DNA from: Eledone cirrhosa
Taxonomy: Eukaryota
Reading direction: 5' to 3'
Assembly (NCBI GenBank): GCA_964016885.1
Contig: OZ024754.1
Location: forward strand, 19,158,001-19,222,000
DNA length: 64,000 nucleotides
Of this stretch, positions 60,178 through 64,000 are shown in pieces. Every line of letters starts with the position of its first letter. Position 1 is the first letter of the stretch. The translations under genes were made by a program, and so were the position numbers. The notes below the pieces were generated by a model that was not told where the DNA came from, did no database searches, and saw only the letters and a list, made by a program, of their open reading frames with translations.

Positions 60178-61734
60178 GTACATAAGTGTGTGGATGCATG
60201 CAGACTCACACACATAGACACACATACATACGTGCGCGTACTTTTACATGCACACACATACATCCACCTATACATCTATACCCACACACACACGCATTTA
60301 TGCACTCACACCCAGACAAACGTACGCGGACACACGTACGCACATATATGAAAATAAACTGTATAAAAAATATAAAAAATATAAACTGTATTTAAAATAT
60401 TTGGAGGGTGTATGCTGCAAGCACATGGTGCTGCACATCGAAGTGTTACGTGGGGAAATACGTGCAGGGTACGAAAAAGGTACATATGGGGTACGACGGT
60501 TAATGCATGCAGCGTCTCACATGACGGTATATAGGACCGGAGCAAGAGACACTCCACTAGGCTGGCGGACCTAATATGGGACTTGAAGGACACCGGCACC
60601 CCGTATGATCTCAACTGGAGTATCGTTCAACGTGCCACTGCATATTCGGCCGGCGAGAGGAAGTGTAGTCTGTGCCTGTCCGAGGCCATGGAGATAGTGA
60701 TATTAAAGGATGATGCATTCAACCTGAAATCGGAGATTATCATGACATACAGACACCAAAATAGGTGCACACTCTCCGCATGGACACCACCGGATGGCCC
60801 CAACTAAAGACATACGAGGAAGCGGACGTCAGTTGGGGCGGCGGCGCGGGTCCAAGGGAACCGACACCATACCTTGATGACTATGTATGCCCTGTGGGGT
60901 AGGTCGGCACAATCAATCCCGCCCATTAGACTCTGCACCCCATCTTAAACAACGACGTCGCAGGAGCCAGGACACGGTGGCTCAACTTCCATGGGTATAA
61001 TCAATCCCGTATCATACATCAATAAGGCACTCTATCTCACCCACAGTAACATACTCCATTATAGGCTGTTCTCCCGCACTCCCTACGTATTATCTTTTAA
61101 GTAGTGTGTGTGTCTTCTCCACGTATTCTATTATGTAACACCTCATGTACAACCCAATGTGTATTTTTTATACACTTTTCTTTATGTTTCTTATATATTT
61201 TTTATATATTTTGTATGTATTTTCTATATATGTTCTGGGTATACCCTTTACATTATTCCTATGAGCTCCCAACATGTAATTTTGTTTAAGGTTTCTATAT
61301 GTCGATTAATCCACGTTAGCACCATAATGCCAACTCTGTTAACATGTCCATCAAGGTGTATCTGAACGTACCTATATACCGTCATGTGAGATGCTGCATG
61401 CATTAACCGTCGTACCCCATATGTAACTTTTTCGTACCCTGCACGTATTTCCCCACGTAACACTTCGATGTACAGCACCATGTGCTTGCAGCATACACCC
61501 TCCAAATATTTTAAATACAGTTTATATTTTTTATATTTTTTATACAGTTTATTTTCATATATGTGCGTACGTGTTTCCGCGTACGTTTGTCTGGGTGTGA
61601 GTGTATAAATGCATGTGTGTGTGGGTATATATGTATAGGTGGATGTATGTGTGTGCATATGCATGTAAAAGTACGCGCACGTATGTATGTGTGTCTATGT
61701 GTGTGTGTCTGCATGCATCCACACACTTATGTGC
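60178..61734 (+). mobile_element. Naiad-like 3' fragment with 360-bp inverted arms (60178-60535 / 61371-61734)
   Basis: IWDLKDTGTPYDLNWSIV..CSLCLSE..NLKSE; mirror ORFs in the track. Confidence 0.82.
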
Positions 61735-61806
61735 ATATATATATATATAATTATATAAAACGAAGAAAGTGTGGGAAGGAACCAGATGGACCATAACACA
61801 CCAGAG

Positions 61807-63458
<1,652 letters not shown>

Positions 63459-63583
63459 TTTCTCTCTCTCTCTCACTCTCTCACTCTCTCTCTCTCACTA
63501 TATATATGTATATATATATATATCATATATATACTTATACACTTATATAAATATATATATAATTATATACAGTATATATAAAT

Positions 63584-63616
<33 letters not shown>

Positions 63617-64000
63617 AACATGAGAAGAATGAATACTGCGTGGTTGCACATGGGTTACATATGATAAAAATAGTCCTTCATCAGTGATTTTCCAACCTTC
63701 ATTGGTATTTCATCGCTTTAAAAATCATATACTTCCAGTTGGTGCGAGCAATAGCTAAATAAAGCTATTGGGACAAGTAAATCGCGTAAAGCGAGCGAGA
63801 CAAGTAGAAGGATAGCAACGCAAAGATAGGAAAAAACAAATATATATATAACTTTGATAACTTTGATAGGTTTCGGCTAGAATTTGGCCAGACCATGTCT
63901 AACTTAATAGCACCACCTGGCGAAGTCTTTCAAATCAGGATTTGACACCATGGCCCATTCAAGTAGAGAGTTATTGTTTACGGGATCATATCCGGATGTA

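Noticed and set aside
63615-63830. CTGATGA/CTGACGA on the minus strand (paralog 25055-25290)
   Set aside because: Could not assemble stems II/III and GAAA; real repeat but not a supportable ribozyme

Overview
AT-rich, microsatellite-dense eukaryotic DNA with no convincing host gene. The SINE/LINE repertoire and (TA)n density suggest a coleoid cephalopod such as octopus; this is an inference. The window is almost entirely transposon-derived. It holds many 5'-truncated Penelope-like retroelements (PLEs; Naiad-, Nematis- and Neptune-like RT + C-terminal GIY-YIG), a decayed Rep/PIF1 Helitron with non-autonomous derivatives, CR1, RTE and Vingi-like LINE fragments, and two tRNA-derived SINE families. 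Reading both strands by eye gives roughly 25-30 type I hammerhead ribozyme (HHR) motifs. Most lie near element 3' ends that abut (TA)n tracts, and many sit in fold-back (palindromic) insertions. Several HHR families carry recurrent non-canonical cores (U3-A8 covariation, U4A, A13C) or stem II regions of about 50-100 nt. One 520-bp HHR-to-HHR unit looks retrozyme-like. A 2.6-kb inverted duplication appears to include copied flanking target DNA. Coordinates were read by eye and may be off by a few bases. No ribozyme activity has been tested.
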